Assembly (NCBI GenBank): GCA_964502525.1
Contig: CAZCXH010000004.1
Span: 45-64,044, forward strand
Length of the DNA stretch: 64,000 bases
Direction: 5' to 3'
From: an uncultured Chitinophagaceae bacterium
GTDB lineage: Bacteria > Bacteroidota > Bacteroidia > Chitinophagales > CAIOSU01
Shown here: positions 26,615 through 36,103 of the stretch, in pieces
Numbering within the stretch: the stretch's first letter is position 1
How the letters are laid out: every line of letters starts with the position of its first letter
The notes under the pieces: model-generated
Told to the model about the DNA's origin: nothing
What the model saw: the letters and a program-made list of their open reading frames with translations, nothing else
Databases searched by the model: none
Made by a program: the position numbers and the translations under genes

Positions 26615-27196
26615 TTAATTTGGAAAATGCAACTTATATACACGCTCGCTTAAATCTCTATCTTGCCTTGCGAGTGGCGGTGATGTAACAGTTTTTAGCT
26701 TCTCTTGCAGGGCGGAGCCTGCTATTGCAAAGAGGCCGAATAGTAGCGAGAGCAGTATGAACCCGGCATCTCCATAGCGAACTCCTTCATAAAAAAGGAA
26801 GCCGGTATAAAAATAAAGAAAACAATTAATTACGTAAACAATTGTATGCGCGCCTCCGAAGCAGGTTAATTTAGTCATTGCTTTAACTGTTTTCTGTTCA
26901 ACTGAAGCGGGCTGAAATTTTTTCGCTATTATGAAGTATTCAAAGTCCCGTTTAAGCTCCCTCCTCAGCAACCTGTTGTAATGATGGTCATATTCCTTAT
27001 CGTAAGCTTTTTTGGTCGCCTTATTGGAAAGAAACTGATAGGCTCTGTTGATTTTAGCAAATTTTTCAAGCGCATCAGGGCTGTTATTTATGTCAGGATG
27101 CCATTGCAGGGAGAGCTTTTTGAAGGCAGCCTGTATCTCCTTTTTTGTTGCGTACCTGCTGATGCCTAAAGTATTATAGTGGTTTGGAAAAGACAT
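26615..27196 (-). CDS. J-domain (DnaJ-like) membrane protein
   Basis: NHYNTLGISRYATKKEIQAAFKKLSLQWHPDIN with the HPD motif, then 2-3 C-terminal TM helices. The start is taken at MSFPNHY (27196). Confidence 0.75.
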   Translation of the reverse strand: MSFPNHYNTLGISRYATKKEIQAAFKKLSLQWHPDINNSPDALEKFAKINRAYQFLSNKATKKAYDKEYDHHYNRLLRRELKRDFEYFIIAKKFQPASVEQKTVKAMTKLTCFGGAHTIVYVINCFLYFYTGFLFYEGVRYGDAGFILLSLLFGLFAIAGSALQEKLKTVTSPPLARQDRDLSERVYKLHFPN

Positions 27197-27389
27197 AGGG
27201 TTAATAGGGCTACTAAAGTTAGCACAAAACCTCACGAAATGACACAAGCCGGAGCGCATGCACTGAGCGGATTTTCGCTTATGCCTAAACAAGGATGCAG
27301 CACAAGGCTCAGGCAGCGCAGCCTTGCAGAAACAAGGGTATTTCTGAAGCAGGAGGAGTGTTAAACTCTAACAGTAAACATTTCCCGTT

Positions 27390-28424
27390 TCATCCTAGCC
27401 ATTCAAGCGCAGCACCACTTAGCAATTTTTCTTTCACCTGCGAATTGAACGGCATGGATTCAATCAGCTTGCCCGGCTTGTGCTCGCCTAGCGGAAACGG
27501 ATAATCGCTGCCGAGGCACACACGGTCAGCGCCAACCAGATTCACCAAGTAATCGAGCATTTGTGCGTCATGCACTAAACTGTCGAGCCAGAATTTGCCG
27601 AGATAATTTTTCGGGTTTACAGCATTATGCTTTGCAATCAAATCAGGTCGCACCTTGAAGCCGTGCTCAATTCTGCCAATCGTTGCGGGAAATGAGCCGC
27701 CCCCATGCGCAAAAGCAACGCGCAGCTTCGGCAGCTTTTCAAACACGCCTCCGAATATCATCGAACAGATTGCCAATGAAGTTTCTGCAGGCATACCCAC
27801 CAGCCACGGCAGCCAGTAATCCGGCATTTTTTCTTTGCCCATCATATCCCACGGATGTACGAAAATTGCGGCATTTAATTTTTCTGCGGCTTGAAAGAAG
27901 TGAAAAAGCTCAGGCGCGTTCAGATTCCAGTCGTTCACATGCGAACCGATTTCAACTCCCGCCAATCCGAGTTCTTTTATGCAGCGTTCCAATTCTTTTA
28001 TTGCCAAATCAGGTGCTTGCAGCGGCACTGTTCCTAAACCGATAAACCGTTTTGGGTTTTCTGTAACAACGCTTGCGATATGGTCATTTAAAAATCTTGA
28101 AACTTCCAGCGCATCATCCGGTTTCGCCCAATAGCTGAACAACACCGGAATCGTTGAAAGCACCTGCACATCAACATGATGCGCGTCACATTCTTTCATG
28201 CGCACTTTTGCATCCCAGCAGTTGGATTCTATCTCACGAAAAAATTTATCGCCAATCATCATTCTTGCGCAACATGGTTGATGATGTTCAAGATGCACAA
28301 AACCATCGTAGCCGAATTTCTGCGACCAGCGAGGAAGTTCCTTCGGGAGGATGTGGGTGTGGATGTCAATCTTCAGCTCTGAGTGTTGGGTGTTGAGTGT
28401 TGGGTAAGGAGTAATGAGTGTCAT
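27390..28424 (-). CDS. 2-amino-3-carboxymuconate-6-semialdehyde decarboxylase (ACMSD)-type amidohydrolase
   Basis: Collinear with eukaryotic/bacterial ACMSD as I recall it: KIDIHTHILPKE..FGYDGFVHLEHH, NCWD..VR..ECD, LSTIPVLFSYWAKP, YWLPWLVGMPAETSLAICSMIFGGVFEK.PKLRVAFAHGGGSFP.TIGRIEHGF.VRPDL, GSDYPFPLGE..PGKLIESM. Confidence 0.88.
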   Translation of the reverse strand: MTLITPYPTLNTQHSELKIDIHTHILPKELPRWSQKFGYDGFVHLEHHQPCCARMMIGDKFFREIESNCWDAKVRMKECDAHHVDVQVLSTIPVLFSYWAKPDDALEVSRFLNDHIASVVTENPKRFIGLGTVPLQAPDLAIKELERCIKELGLAGVEIGSHVNDWNLNAPELFHFFQAAEKLNAAIFVHPWDMMGKEKMPDYWLPWLVGMPAETSLAICSMIFGGVFEKLPKLRVAFAHGGGSFPATIGRIEHGFKVRPDLIAKHNAVNPKNYLGKFWLDSLVHDAQMLDYLVNLVGADRVCLGSDYPFPLGEHKPGKLIESMPFNSQVKEKLLSGAALEWLG

Positions 28425-28428
28425 GTAT

Positions 28429-28671
28429 TCAGTTGGGGCTTATTTCTCTTTCGAGAAATTTGATGTATCCAATTAAAAGTTTTCTTACCTCCGCAAGTTG
28501 AGCGTGAATTGCTTCAGTCTGAGATGATTGTGCGAAATCCAAATCTTCTGATAAGTAAAGCCGTGATGCCAGCTTGTAAATAGACCTTGCTCTGTTTCTC
28601 TTTTTGAATTTCTGCCGATACTCCTCCAGATTCCACCTCGAATATTCTGCTACAGTATAAGTTCGCGACAT
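28429..28671 (-). CDS. hypothetical protein (possibly a degenerate four-helix-bundle protein fragment)
   Basis: 80 aa from the internal Met. The tail (..LYLSEDLDFAQSS...QLAEVRKLLIGYIKFLE) loosely resembles the C-terminal half of TIGR02436-type proteins. The longer ORF overlaps the ferritin start. Confidence 0.3.
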   Translation of the reverse strand: MSRTYTVAEYSRWNLEEYRQKFKKRNRARSIYKLASRLYLSEDLDFAQSSQTEAIHAQLAEVRKLLIGYIKFLEREISPN

Positions 28672-28786
28672 ATCCTGCTCCTCGGCAACCAGCGATTTAT
28701 CTTTTCGGTCATTCTTTGAAATTATCAATATTTCATCAAAATGAAAATGTAATTTCACCGCAATAAATTTCAAAAAACAACCTGCA

Positions 28787-29305
28787 ATGATTTCAAAAAA
28801 ACTTGAAAAGGCTCTGAATGCCCAAATCAAATTGGAAGCGGAAGCATCCTTCAATTATCTCGCCATGGCTTCATGGTGCGAGCAGAAAAGTCTGAATGGG
28901 GCGGCTAAATTTTTCTATGCCCAGGCGGAAGACGAGCGCCAGCATATGCTGAAAATTTTCCTGTATATCAATGATCTGGAAGGACATGCTCTTGCACCTT
29001 CGGTTGACCAGCCGGCAACAGAGTTCAAATCCATTCTGGATGTTTGCTCAAAGGCTTTGGCGGGCGAGCAAAAGGTGACCAAATCAGTTCACAAATTGTC
29101 AGAGTTTGCGACTGAGGAAAAGGATTATGCCACCTACAACTTTCTGCAATTCTTTGTTGACGAGCAGCGGCAAGGCGAAACGGTTTTTAACCACATTCTC
29201 GACAAAATCAAACTCATCGGGCTGGAGGGGATGGGGCTGTATTATATTGACAAAGAGCTGGAATCATTGGCTGGTGGCGGAGGTAAGACAGATGCAAACG
29301 AATAG
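28787..29305 (+). CDS. ftnA: non-haem ferritin
   Basis: LNAQIKLEAEASFNYLAMASWCE..FFYAQAEDERQHMLKIF.Y carries the ferroxidase-centre residues. The size (172 aa) is typical. Confidence 0.9.
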   Translation: MISKKLEKALNAQIKLEAEASFNYLAMASWCEQKSLNGAAKFFYAQAEDERQHMLKIFLYINDLEGHALAPSVDQPATEFKSILDVCSKALAGEQKVTKSVHKLSEFATEEKDYATYNFLQFFVDEQRQGETVFNHILDKIKLIGLEGMGLYYIDKELESLAGGGGKTDANE

Positions 29306-29307
29306 TT

Positions 29308-30039
29308 TCACTTCCGCAAAAAACTATTTCGCTTTACAAAGCACAGATCGCACTCAATGAGCGAGCCGTCATGATGCTGGCGTAAAAATCCGGCAAAATC
29401 ATATATCACATAATCCCGCTCATTCATGAATGTTACTACATCTGCAATCAGCGGATAACTTTTGTGCTTATTGTGCAGCGCAGCTTCGATGATGAACAAT
29501 TCGGTTTTTCCGAAAACAGATTCAGCGCCCTTCAGCACTTCCAATTCATAGCCCTGCACATCTAATTTCACCAACTCAGGAATTTCCATCTGTCCTGTTT
29601 TAATCAATTCGTCAATCGTCCACATCTCCACCATGCGGGGAGTCCTCTTGTCCTTTTGAGGAATGTCCTCCTCCATGAAGCCCGACCAGGCAAGGTCTTT
29701 GAAAACCCTGAGGGGTTGCATACCGAGGTTGGGGCCCACTGAGAAGTCGAAAAATTTACACCTGGCATTGCGCCTGCAAAATTCTTCGAGCATTTGTTTC
29801 ATCTCTTTCAGCGGCTCTACCAGATAAATTGCCGCTTCAGGATATATTGCAATTGCCATACCGGCAAATTTGCCCCTGTAAGCTCCCACATCGAGAATGT
29901 AGTTGCATTGCAGTCCGCGTTTTTTTACATCACTCAAAAAACTTTCCATTTCACCCACAGGCGAATTCCATTTGCGGGTGATTTCAAGGCCAAAAGCATT
30001 GAACAGCTTCTTAACAACCTTTTCCAAGCCTCCATTCAT
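29308..30039 (-). CDS. FkbM-family methyltransferase
   Basis: ILDVGAYRGKFAGMA SAM-binding motif and an overall FkbM (TIGR01444-like) layout. Convergent with ferritin, 2 nt apart. Confidence 0.8.
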   Translation of the reverse strand: MNGGLEKVVKKLFNAFGLEITRKWNSPVGEMESFLSDVKKRGLQCNYILDVGAYRGKFAGMAIAIYPEAAIYLVEPLKEMKQMLEEFCRRNARCKFFDFSVGPNLGMQPLRVFKDLAWSGFMEEDIPQKDKRTPRMVEMWTIDELIKTGQMEIPELVKLDVQGYELEVLKGAESVFGKTELFIIEAALHNKHKSYPLIADVVTFMNERDYVIYDFAGFLRQHHDGSLIECDLCFVKRNSFLRK

Positions 30040-30069
30040 GGGATGAAAATAAGGAGAGTTTTATAAAAT

Positions 30070-30140
30070 AAATAGAACACTGATGCACGGACATATAGTA
30101 GGTGATAATCCGTCAAATTCACATCATCCATGTTCTATTT
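30070..30140. repeat. palindromic double copy of the ATAGAAC...GGATG motif
   Basis: AAATAGAACA (30070-30079) pairs with TGTTCTATTT (30131-30140). The arms extend imperfectly (CTGATG / CATCATCCA). Inner hairpin ACGGA...TCCGT. Confidence 0.55.
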
Positions 30141-30186
30141 CGTTTATCCTAAGCCTACTAAAGTAACTTGCGCCAAATTAAGATTT

Positions 30187-30315
30187 ATGATACCTGCAAA
30201 AGGATATGCAGCCCGAACCGCGAAATCGCCATTAGCTCCGTTCAGTTTCAATCGCAGAGACCCTGGACCACATGATGTGCAGTTCGATAAGGAAGCGATA
30301 AGGAGACCTTCCTAA
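30187..30315 (+). pseudogene. N-terminal fragment of a zinc-dependent alcohol dehydrogenase (YahK/AdhA-like)
   Basis: MIPAKGYAARTAKSPLAPFSFNRRDPGPHDVQF matches the first ~33 aa of NADP-dependent Zn-ADHs. It then diverges and stops before the GVCHSD zinc motif. Confidence 0.6.
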
Positions 30316-30387
30316 AAACCTATATTATATTAGCCATCGGATGAATTGATAATAGGACGGATAGAAACATTATGCATCGCATGCCTT

Positions 30388-31779
30388 TTATAAAGCATCC
30401 ATCCGATGACTTTTTTCAAGCAGGCTGCCCGCCACCATCCCGGCAACTGATGCGGCAAAAGCCGGTATCATGGAGGGTATCTTTATTTCAACCACGAACT
30501 CAAATACCACCCACGAAGCCATGCCGAGAATCATCGAGAGCATGGCGCCAGAAGAAGATGATTTTTTCCAATAGATAGCGGCAGCCATCGGCACCAGCAG
30601 CGACACCAAGCCAAGAATGTATGATTCACCGACAAGTTCGTACACGCTTTGTTTTCCCATCGCCATGGAAGTGCTTATTGCTGCGATGGCAAAAACCGAT
30701 ATTCTCAGCAGTTGGAGAAAGTGGCGGTCGTCCAGCCGGTGAAGAGTCAATGGTTTGATGATATTTTCAGTGAGAATGCTGGCTGGTGCAAGAATTGCTC
30801 CGCTGGCGGTGCTGAGAATGGCCGACAGCAGCGCTCCAAAAAATAATATCTGAACGAAAATAGATGTGTGTGAAAGCACCATCATGGGCAGAATGTGCTG
30901 CGGGTCCATGCGTAGCATTTCAGGATAAAGCACCCTTGCCGCCAGGGCAATGAACAGGGGAATCAGCGAAATGAGCAGGTAAATAGCCGCGGCAAGATAA
31001 GTGGATGCCACCACCACCTTTTCGGAAGAAGCGGAGTTGGCGCGCTGGAATATATCCTGCGAGGCAAGCGCGCCCAATCCCAGCGCTGCCCAGGCGCAGG
31101 CATATTCAATTACGGAATATGTTTCGGCTTCGGGCAAAAACTGAAAAAAACCATCGGGAGCCTCATTCAGCAGGGAAAAAATCCCTCCGGCTTTCGCAGC
31201 AATAACGCCTGCAGTCACAATCAGCCCAACCACAATCACAACGCTTTGAACGAAGTCGGTGATGGACACCGCCCACATGCCCCCGGCAAGCGTATAGGCT
31301 GTCACCACTGCTGAACTGATGAGGATGCAGTATTGAAGCGGAATATGGATGATGATGCTCAAAATGATTCCCATGGCAACCAACTGCGCGGCTATGTATC
31401 CGAAAAAAGTGAGTACCATGCAAATGCCCGCGACCAGTTCAACATTCCTTCCATAACGGTTGCGATAGAGGTCGCCTAATGTCAGCAGGTTCATCCGGTA
31501 AAGAGGGCGGGCGAAAAACAGCGCATAAAGCAGCAGGCAAAGCACACCGCCAAAGGGATCTTCAATCACCCCTAACAGTCCGTGCTCTATAAATTCAGAT
31601 GATGCGCCAAAGACCGTTTCAGAGCCAAACCACAGCGCAAATAAAGCCGCAGAGCTGATGAACAGCGGCAGTTTCCGCCCGGCAATCATGAAGTCTTTTG
31701 AACTTTTGATATACCGGGTGGCTAAAAAGCCGATGAGCACGGTTACTGCAAGATAGATGATAATAAATATCAGAAGCAC
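30388..31779 (-). CDS. sodium:solute symporter family transporter
   Basis: 463 aa, ~13 TM helices. The N-terminus (..DFMIAGRKLPLFISSAALFALWFGSETVFG) is typical of SSF (PF00474). Confidence 0.85.
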   Translation of the reverse strand: MLLIFIIIYLAVTVLIGFLATRYIKSSKDFMIAGRKLPLFISSAALFALWFGSETVFGASSEFIEHGLLGVIEDPFGGVLCLLLYALFFARPLYRMNLLTLGDLYRNRYGRNVELVAGICMVLTFFGYIAAQLVAMGIILSIIIHIPLQYCILISSAVVTAYTLAGGMWAVSITDFVQSVVIVVGLIVTAGVIAAKAGGIFSLLNEAPDGFFQFLPEAETYSVIEYACAWAALGLGALASQDIFQRANSASSEKVVVASTYLAAAIYLLISLIPLFIALAARVLYPEMLRMDPQHILPMMVLSHTSIFVQILFFGALLSAILSTASGAILAPASILTENIIKPLTLHRLDDRHFLQLLRISVFAIAAISTSMAMGKQSVYELVGESYILGLVSLLVPMAAAIYWKKSSSSGAMLSMILGMASWVVFEFVVEIKIPSMIPAFAASVAGMVAGSLLEKSHRMDAL

Positions 31780-31848
31780 GTCTGGCGCTGGAAATTTGCG
31801 TGAAAATAAAAATCAGAAACCAAATCCGGATTGCGGCTTGATTATTCA

Positions 31849-31867
31849 ATCATCGAATCAGCACATC
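31849..31867. repeat. short dispersed motif ATCATCGAATCAGCACATC (copy 2)
   Basis: Located 15 nt beyond the stop of the OmpA-family gene. Reverse complement of the motif at 13453-13479. Confidence 0.4.
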
Positions 31868-31881
31868 GGCAAACTATCCAA

Positions 31882-33891
31882 TCAATTGTTTCTTCCCCAT
31901 GTCGGGTCGGTGGTTTTTTCCTGGCGGATGATTTCAAACTCCACCCTGCGATTGAGTTTCCGATCGTCTTCTGTTATTTCTTCTTTTACTATCGGCCGTG
32001 AACTGCCATAACCGAAAGATTCAATTCTTGCTTTGCCGATTCCCCCTTTGGTGGTCAGATAATCTTTGATGGAGTCAGCCCGTTTTTGAGAAAGCACGTT
32101 GTTTGCCTGAGCGTCTCCTTGTGAATCAGTGTGTCCTGAAATTTTCAGATTGAACGTTGGATTATCGAGCATGAAGTTCATTATCCGGTCGAGGTCGGAT
32201 TGCATTTCCGTCAGAATCCTCCAGTCGCTGGTGGCAAATTCAATGCTTTTGAATTGCACCCTGACGAAATTGATTGAAGGCACCCTGAAGTTCATGACGG
32301 TGTCTTTATCCAGATGGAAGATTTTTTCTATACGGAAAAAATTCTCGCCCTGAATAACCAGCAGGTAGCGGCTGTTGTTGATCAGGTCAAAAGAAAACGA
32401 GCCGTCAGGACGAATGTACTTGGGCGCCACTTCGATTCCGTTTGTAAGATCAATGACGGAAACTATCCCTTCAAACGGCTCATTGCTGATTGAATCTTTA
32501 AGCGAACCGGTGAATGCGGTGTTTGCGTGAGGCTGCGCTTCCATCGGCAGCGGGAATGAGAAAAGGTCAAGGTTTTCAAAACCCTTCTGTTCCGAACGGG
32601 CATAAAACAAATCTTTGGATTCGGAATCAATTGTGAAATAAAATTCTTCTCCTTTTCCGTTTACAAGTGGCCCTATATTTTTTGGCTCGATCCATTGGTT
32701 GTTTACAAGGCGTGTTTTAAAGATGTCAAACTCTCCGAAATTCAGCAGATGACCGTTGGAGCTGAAGTAAAACACGTTGTATTTCGGATGATAAAACGGG
32801 CTTGCCTCCGCGTCTTTCGTATTAACCATCGGTCCCATGTTCTTCGCATGCGACCACTTTCCGTCTTTTTGAACCACAGAATAATAAATGTCAGTGCTGC
32901 CGAAGCCGCCATCACGGTCGGAAACAAAATACAATGTGTCTTCAGAATGAGAAAGCGAGGGATGCGAGTCCCACGAATAGCCGTTCACTCCGGGACCAAG
33001 ATTGCGGACATTACCCCATATTCCATCGCCCACGAGGTCGGCAACATAAATGTCGCAGTTTCCATATCCATCTGGCGCTTCGCATCTGATAAAATACAAC
33101 CGCTTCCCGTCACGCGTCAGGCAGGGCGAGCCTTCGTTCAATCCGGTATTGATGCCTTCAAAAGGTTCCGCCTGCTGCCAGCCTCCCATGTCAGAGCGTG
33201 TTGCCCAGAACACATCTTCATTGTAAAGATTCTGACCGGCAACTTTTTTCCTGTTGCGCTTTGAAGTAAACAGCAGCACATTATTGGTGATATTCAACAC
33301 TGGTCCGTAGTCTTCATAACCGGAATTAACCGTCTCTCCCATATTCAGGAAAACACCTCTTGGCGGACGGAGCGTATCAATCTGCTTTCTGTAATCCACC
33401 AATTCATAGTAGTATTCAACAGGAACATATTCGTCCTTTTCATTGAAAACAATCCTGTCATAAAACTGCATGATGTATTCCCTGTCCTTCTCAGTGTTCT
33501 TGAGCACCAGACGGTACATGTTTTTCGCCTCTTCCATCATGCCCTTTTTTTCATAGAGTTGCCCGAGCATCCAAAGCAATTCATAATCCCGGCTGAAATT
33601 TTCGCATCCGAAATTTCTGATATAATCCTCCAGTAACGGAAGCAGTTTATCATGGTCATTGGAGCGTTCAGCTTTCAATATTTGCTTGCGTTTGGCATCA
33701 TCATAGTAATAAGGAACATCAATATTTCTGAATGAGAATGAGGCGGCAGATAAGGCAGCCGACTCCTTTTTAACCAGTTTCTTATCGCTGATTAAGTATT
33801 TGTTGTTCTGTGCATGGAGCCGGGCTGAAATGAACAGCAGCCATAACGTGACGGCAACGAATGTCTTCGATATGATTGAACGGTAGCGCAT
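31882..33891 (-). CDS. OmpA-family protein with TPR, PD40/TolB-like beta-propeller repeats and a CarboxypepD_reg-like domain
   Basis: Signal peptide. TPR-like N-terminus. Repeated ..G.N...E..P.ls.DG..LYF.S.R.GG.G..DIY.. units. The C-terminus (ISGHTDSQGDAQANNVLSQKRADSIKDYL...NRRVEFEI) is an OmpA peptidoglycan-binding domain. Confidence 0.85.
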   Translation of the reverse strand: MRYRSIISKTFVAVTLWLLFISARLHAQNNKYLISDKKLVKKESAALSAASFSFRNIDVPYYYDDAKRKQILKAERSNDHDKLLPLLEDYIRNFGCENFSRDYELLWMLGQLYEKKGMMEEAKNMYRLVLKNTEKDREYIMQFYDRIVFNEKDEYVPVEYYYELVDYRKQIDTLRPPRGVFLNMGETVNSGYEDYGPVLNITNNVLLFTSKRNRKKVAGQNLYNEDVFWATRSDMGGWQQAEPFEGINTGLNEGSPCLTRDGKRLYFIRCEAPDGYGNCDIYVADLVGDGIWGNVRNLGPGVNGYSWDSHPSLSHSEDTLYFVSDRDGGFGSTDIYYSVVQKDGKWSHAKNMGPMVNTKDAEASPFYHPKYNVFYFSSNGHLLNFGEFDIFKTRLVNNQWIEPKNIGPLVNGKGEEFYFTIDSESKDLFYARSEQKGFENLDLFSFPLPMEAQPHANTAFTGSLKDSISNEPFEGIVSVIDLTNGIEVAPKYIRPDGSFSFDLINNSRYLLVIQGENFFRIEKIFHLDKDTVMNFRVPSINFVRVQFKSIEFATSDWRILTEMQSDLDRIMNFMLDNPTFNLKISGHTDSQGDAQANNVLSQKRADSIKDYLTTKGGIGKARIESFGYGSSRPIVKEEITEDDRKLNRRVEFEIIRQEKTTDPTWGRNN

Positions 33892-34058
33892 CTTGCATCA
33901 AGTTGAAAAAACGTTTCCTGAGAATTGGCGAGGTCAGAGCGGAGAACCGGGTGACCTTTTATTACGAAAAAGTACAAATAAGGTTAACTATCCCGCTTGA
34001 TTCTTGTCAGTTCTGGCGGTTTTTACTGCCGTTAACTTTGCTTCCAGCCGGAGCAAAT

Positions 34059-35138
34059 ATGAAAGGGAAAAAAATCCTTTTTACAATCGGTTCGCCTAAC
34101 CAAACCTCCCAGATGCATCAAATCGCAATGCATCTGCCTGAGACCGACAATTATTTCAGCCAGCATTTTGGAAAACACCCCTGGGTAAGTTTCGGGCAAA
34201 AGACCGGCATTCTCAATAATGCCATTATCGGTGAAAAGAGCCATTGGAAACGAAAAGCTGATGAATACCTTGCTGACCACGGTTTGAGGAACGACTACAA
34301 GGGGGAAGTATTCCGCAACAGATATGACATGGCGGTGATGTGCATTGACTACCTGGTTCCAAAATTCATGCGTAAAATTAAAACGGTACTTATCCAGGAA
34401 GGCATGATTGACCCGTTGCGTGCCATCGGCAGGCTGGTGAAATTTTTCAGGCTGCCCGGCTATTATGCATTTGATACTTCATTAATGGGTTATTCCAACA
34501 TTCCGGATTTGTATTGCGCGGCTTCGGAAGGATATAAAGAACACTACATCAGGATGGGCGTGGCGCCTGGCAAAATCATCGTCACCGGCATTCCCAATTT
34601 TGATAACGCAGCTTCTTTCATTGATAATGATTTTCCGCACAGGGGCTATGTCATGGTTGCCACTTCTGATATCCGCGAAACATTCAGAAAAGAAGACCGC
34701 GCATCGTTCATCAAAAAGTGCGTGCGGATGGCTGATGGTCGGCCGCTGCTGTTCAAGCTCCATCCCAATGAATACAAGGACAGGGCTGAAAAAGAAATCA
34801 GGGAGCATGCACCTTCCGATTCGCTCATTTTCCATGAAGGCAATACCAACCACATGATTGCTAACTGCGAGGAGTTGGTCTGCCAATACTCAACGGTGGC
34901 TTACATAGGCATGGCTCTCGGAAAAAAGGTGCATTCATTTTTTGATATTAAATATCTTGAAAAAACGATGCCTCTTCAGAACGGAGGCAAGTCGGCTGAA
35001 CGAATTGCGGATGTGGCAAGAGGTTATATGAACTTCAGCGGAAACGGAACAGAGTTTCTGAAACAATACAAACCCGACTGGCTGATTGAAAATTCTCACC
35101 GTCATACAGGCGCGCAGAGGCTCATCACGGCTTCCTGA
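34059..35138 (+). CDS. GT-B-like glycosyl/glycerophospho-transferase-family protein (function uncertain)
   Basis: 359 aa from MKGKKILFTIGSPNQ. The C-terminal half (..LLFKLHPNE....EGNTNHMIANCEELVCQYSTVAYIGMALGKKV) resembles the donor-binding half of GT-B / capsule-biosynthesis enzymes. Overlaps the next gene by 53 nt. Confidence 0.5.
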   Translation: MKGKKILFTIGSPNQTSQMHQIAMHLPETDNYFSQHFGKHPWVSFGQKTGILNNAIIGEKSHWKRKADEYLADHGLRNDYKGEVFRNRYDMAVMCIDYLVPKFMRKIKTVLIQEGMIDPLRAIGRLVKFFRLPGYYAFDTSLMGYSNIPDLYCAASEGYKEHYIRMGVAPGKIIVTGIPNFDNAASFIDNDFPHRGYVMVATSDIRETFRKEDRASFIKKCVRMADGRPLLFKLHPNEYKDRAEKEIREHAPSDSLIFHEGNTNHMIANCEELVCQYSTVAYIGMALGKKVHSFFDIKYLEKTMPLQNGGKSAERIADVARGYMNFSGNGTEFLKQYKPDWLIENSHRHTGAQRLITAS

Positions 35139-35886
35139 TAAAATACTGCTCCCGCTTGCCGGAAAGCCTTTGCTGGTGCGGATGGCGGAGAGGGTAACGG
35201 CGTCCACGCAGACGGGCACCGTAGTAATAGCCACAACTGCGGATAAGCAGGATGATGTGATAGAGGAAATGTGCAGGCAGGAAAACTTTCTTTGTTTCCG
35301 CGGCCATCCTACCGATTTGCTCGACCGGCATTACAAAGCAGCACTGCAATACCAACCCGATGCGGTGGTTAAAATTCCGTCCGATTGCCCCCTGATTGAT
35401 CCGAAAGTCATTGATAAAGTGCTTGGATTTTATATTGCCAATTCCCGCAAATATGATTTCGTGAGCAATCTTCATCCCGCTACTTATCCCGATGGCAATG
35501 ATGTGGAAATAATGAGTTTTAAAACTTTGGAGGAAGCGTGGAGAAATGCGCAGCGCCCGCTGGAGCGGGAGCACACCACGCCATACATCTGGGAGAACCC
35601 TGAGAAATTCCGGATTGGCAACGTGGCGTGGGGAACCGGAAAGGATTTTTCCATGAGCCACCGCTTCACGGTTGATTACAAGGAGGATTATGAATTCATC
35701 AAAGCGGTGTACGATGAGCTGTTTCCGGAAAATCCTTCATTCGGCTTGGACGAAATCCTTGCCCTGCTTGAAAAACGACCGGACATCTTTGCCATTAACA
35801 GTAAGTTTGCTGGGGTGAATTGGTACCGGAATCATTTGGATGAATTGAGAACGATTTCGCCACGGCAAACCAAACTCATTCCATGA
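35086..35886 (+). CDS. SpsF-like cytidylyltransferase-domain protein
   Basis: MKILTVIQARRGSSRLPDKILLPLAGKPLL is the canonical COG1861/SpsF N-terminus. Size 266 aa. Confidence 0.8.
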   Translation: MKILTVIQARRGSSRLPDKILLPLAGKPLLVRMAERVTASTQTGTVVIATTADKQDDVIEEMCRQENFLCFRGHPTDLLDRHYKAALQYQPDAVVKIPSDCPLIDPKVIDKVLGFYIANSRKYDFVSNLHPATYPDGNDVEIMSFKTLEEAWRNAQRPLEREHTTPYIWENPEKFRIGNVAWGTGKDFSMSHRFTVDYKEDYEFIKAVYDELFPENPSFGLDEILALLEKRPDIFAINSKFAGVNWYRNHLDELRTISPRQTKLIP

Positions 35887-36103
35887 AATCAAAGGTTTCA
35901 GCGAAACGAGGAAAACTTTTCGTTCATAAAAAGCCTTATTCCCGCCAGAAAACGGAACATGCAAGGCTCATGCAAAACCTCGCGCTGACTCCTTTGCACC
36001 GATGGAAAAAGGCGTTTTCACTCATGTCGCTTTCGCTGGCTTTCAGGCGAGGCGCGCTCAAAGTGCCGCAAGGAAAAGGAATTTTGCTTGGCAAAAGCGC
36101 AGC

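Noticed and set aside
26383-27612. Possibility that the two ACMSD 3' copies are a DGR template/variable repeat pair.
   Set aside because: The substitutions are not adenine-specific: transitions and transversions occur at all bases, mostly at third codon positions. No reverse transcriptase is present in the window.
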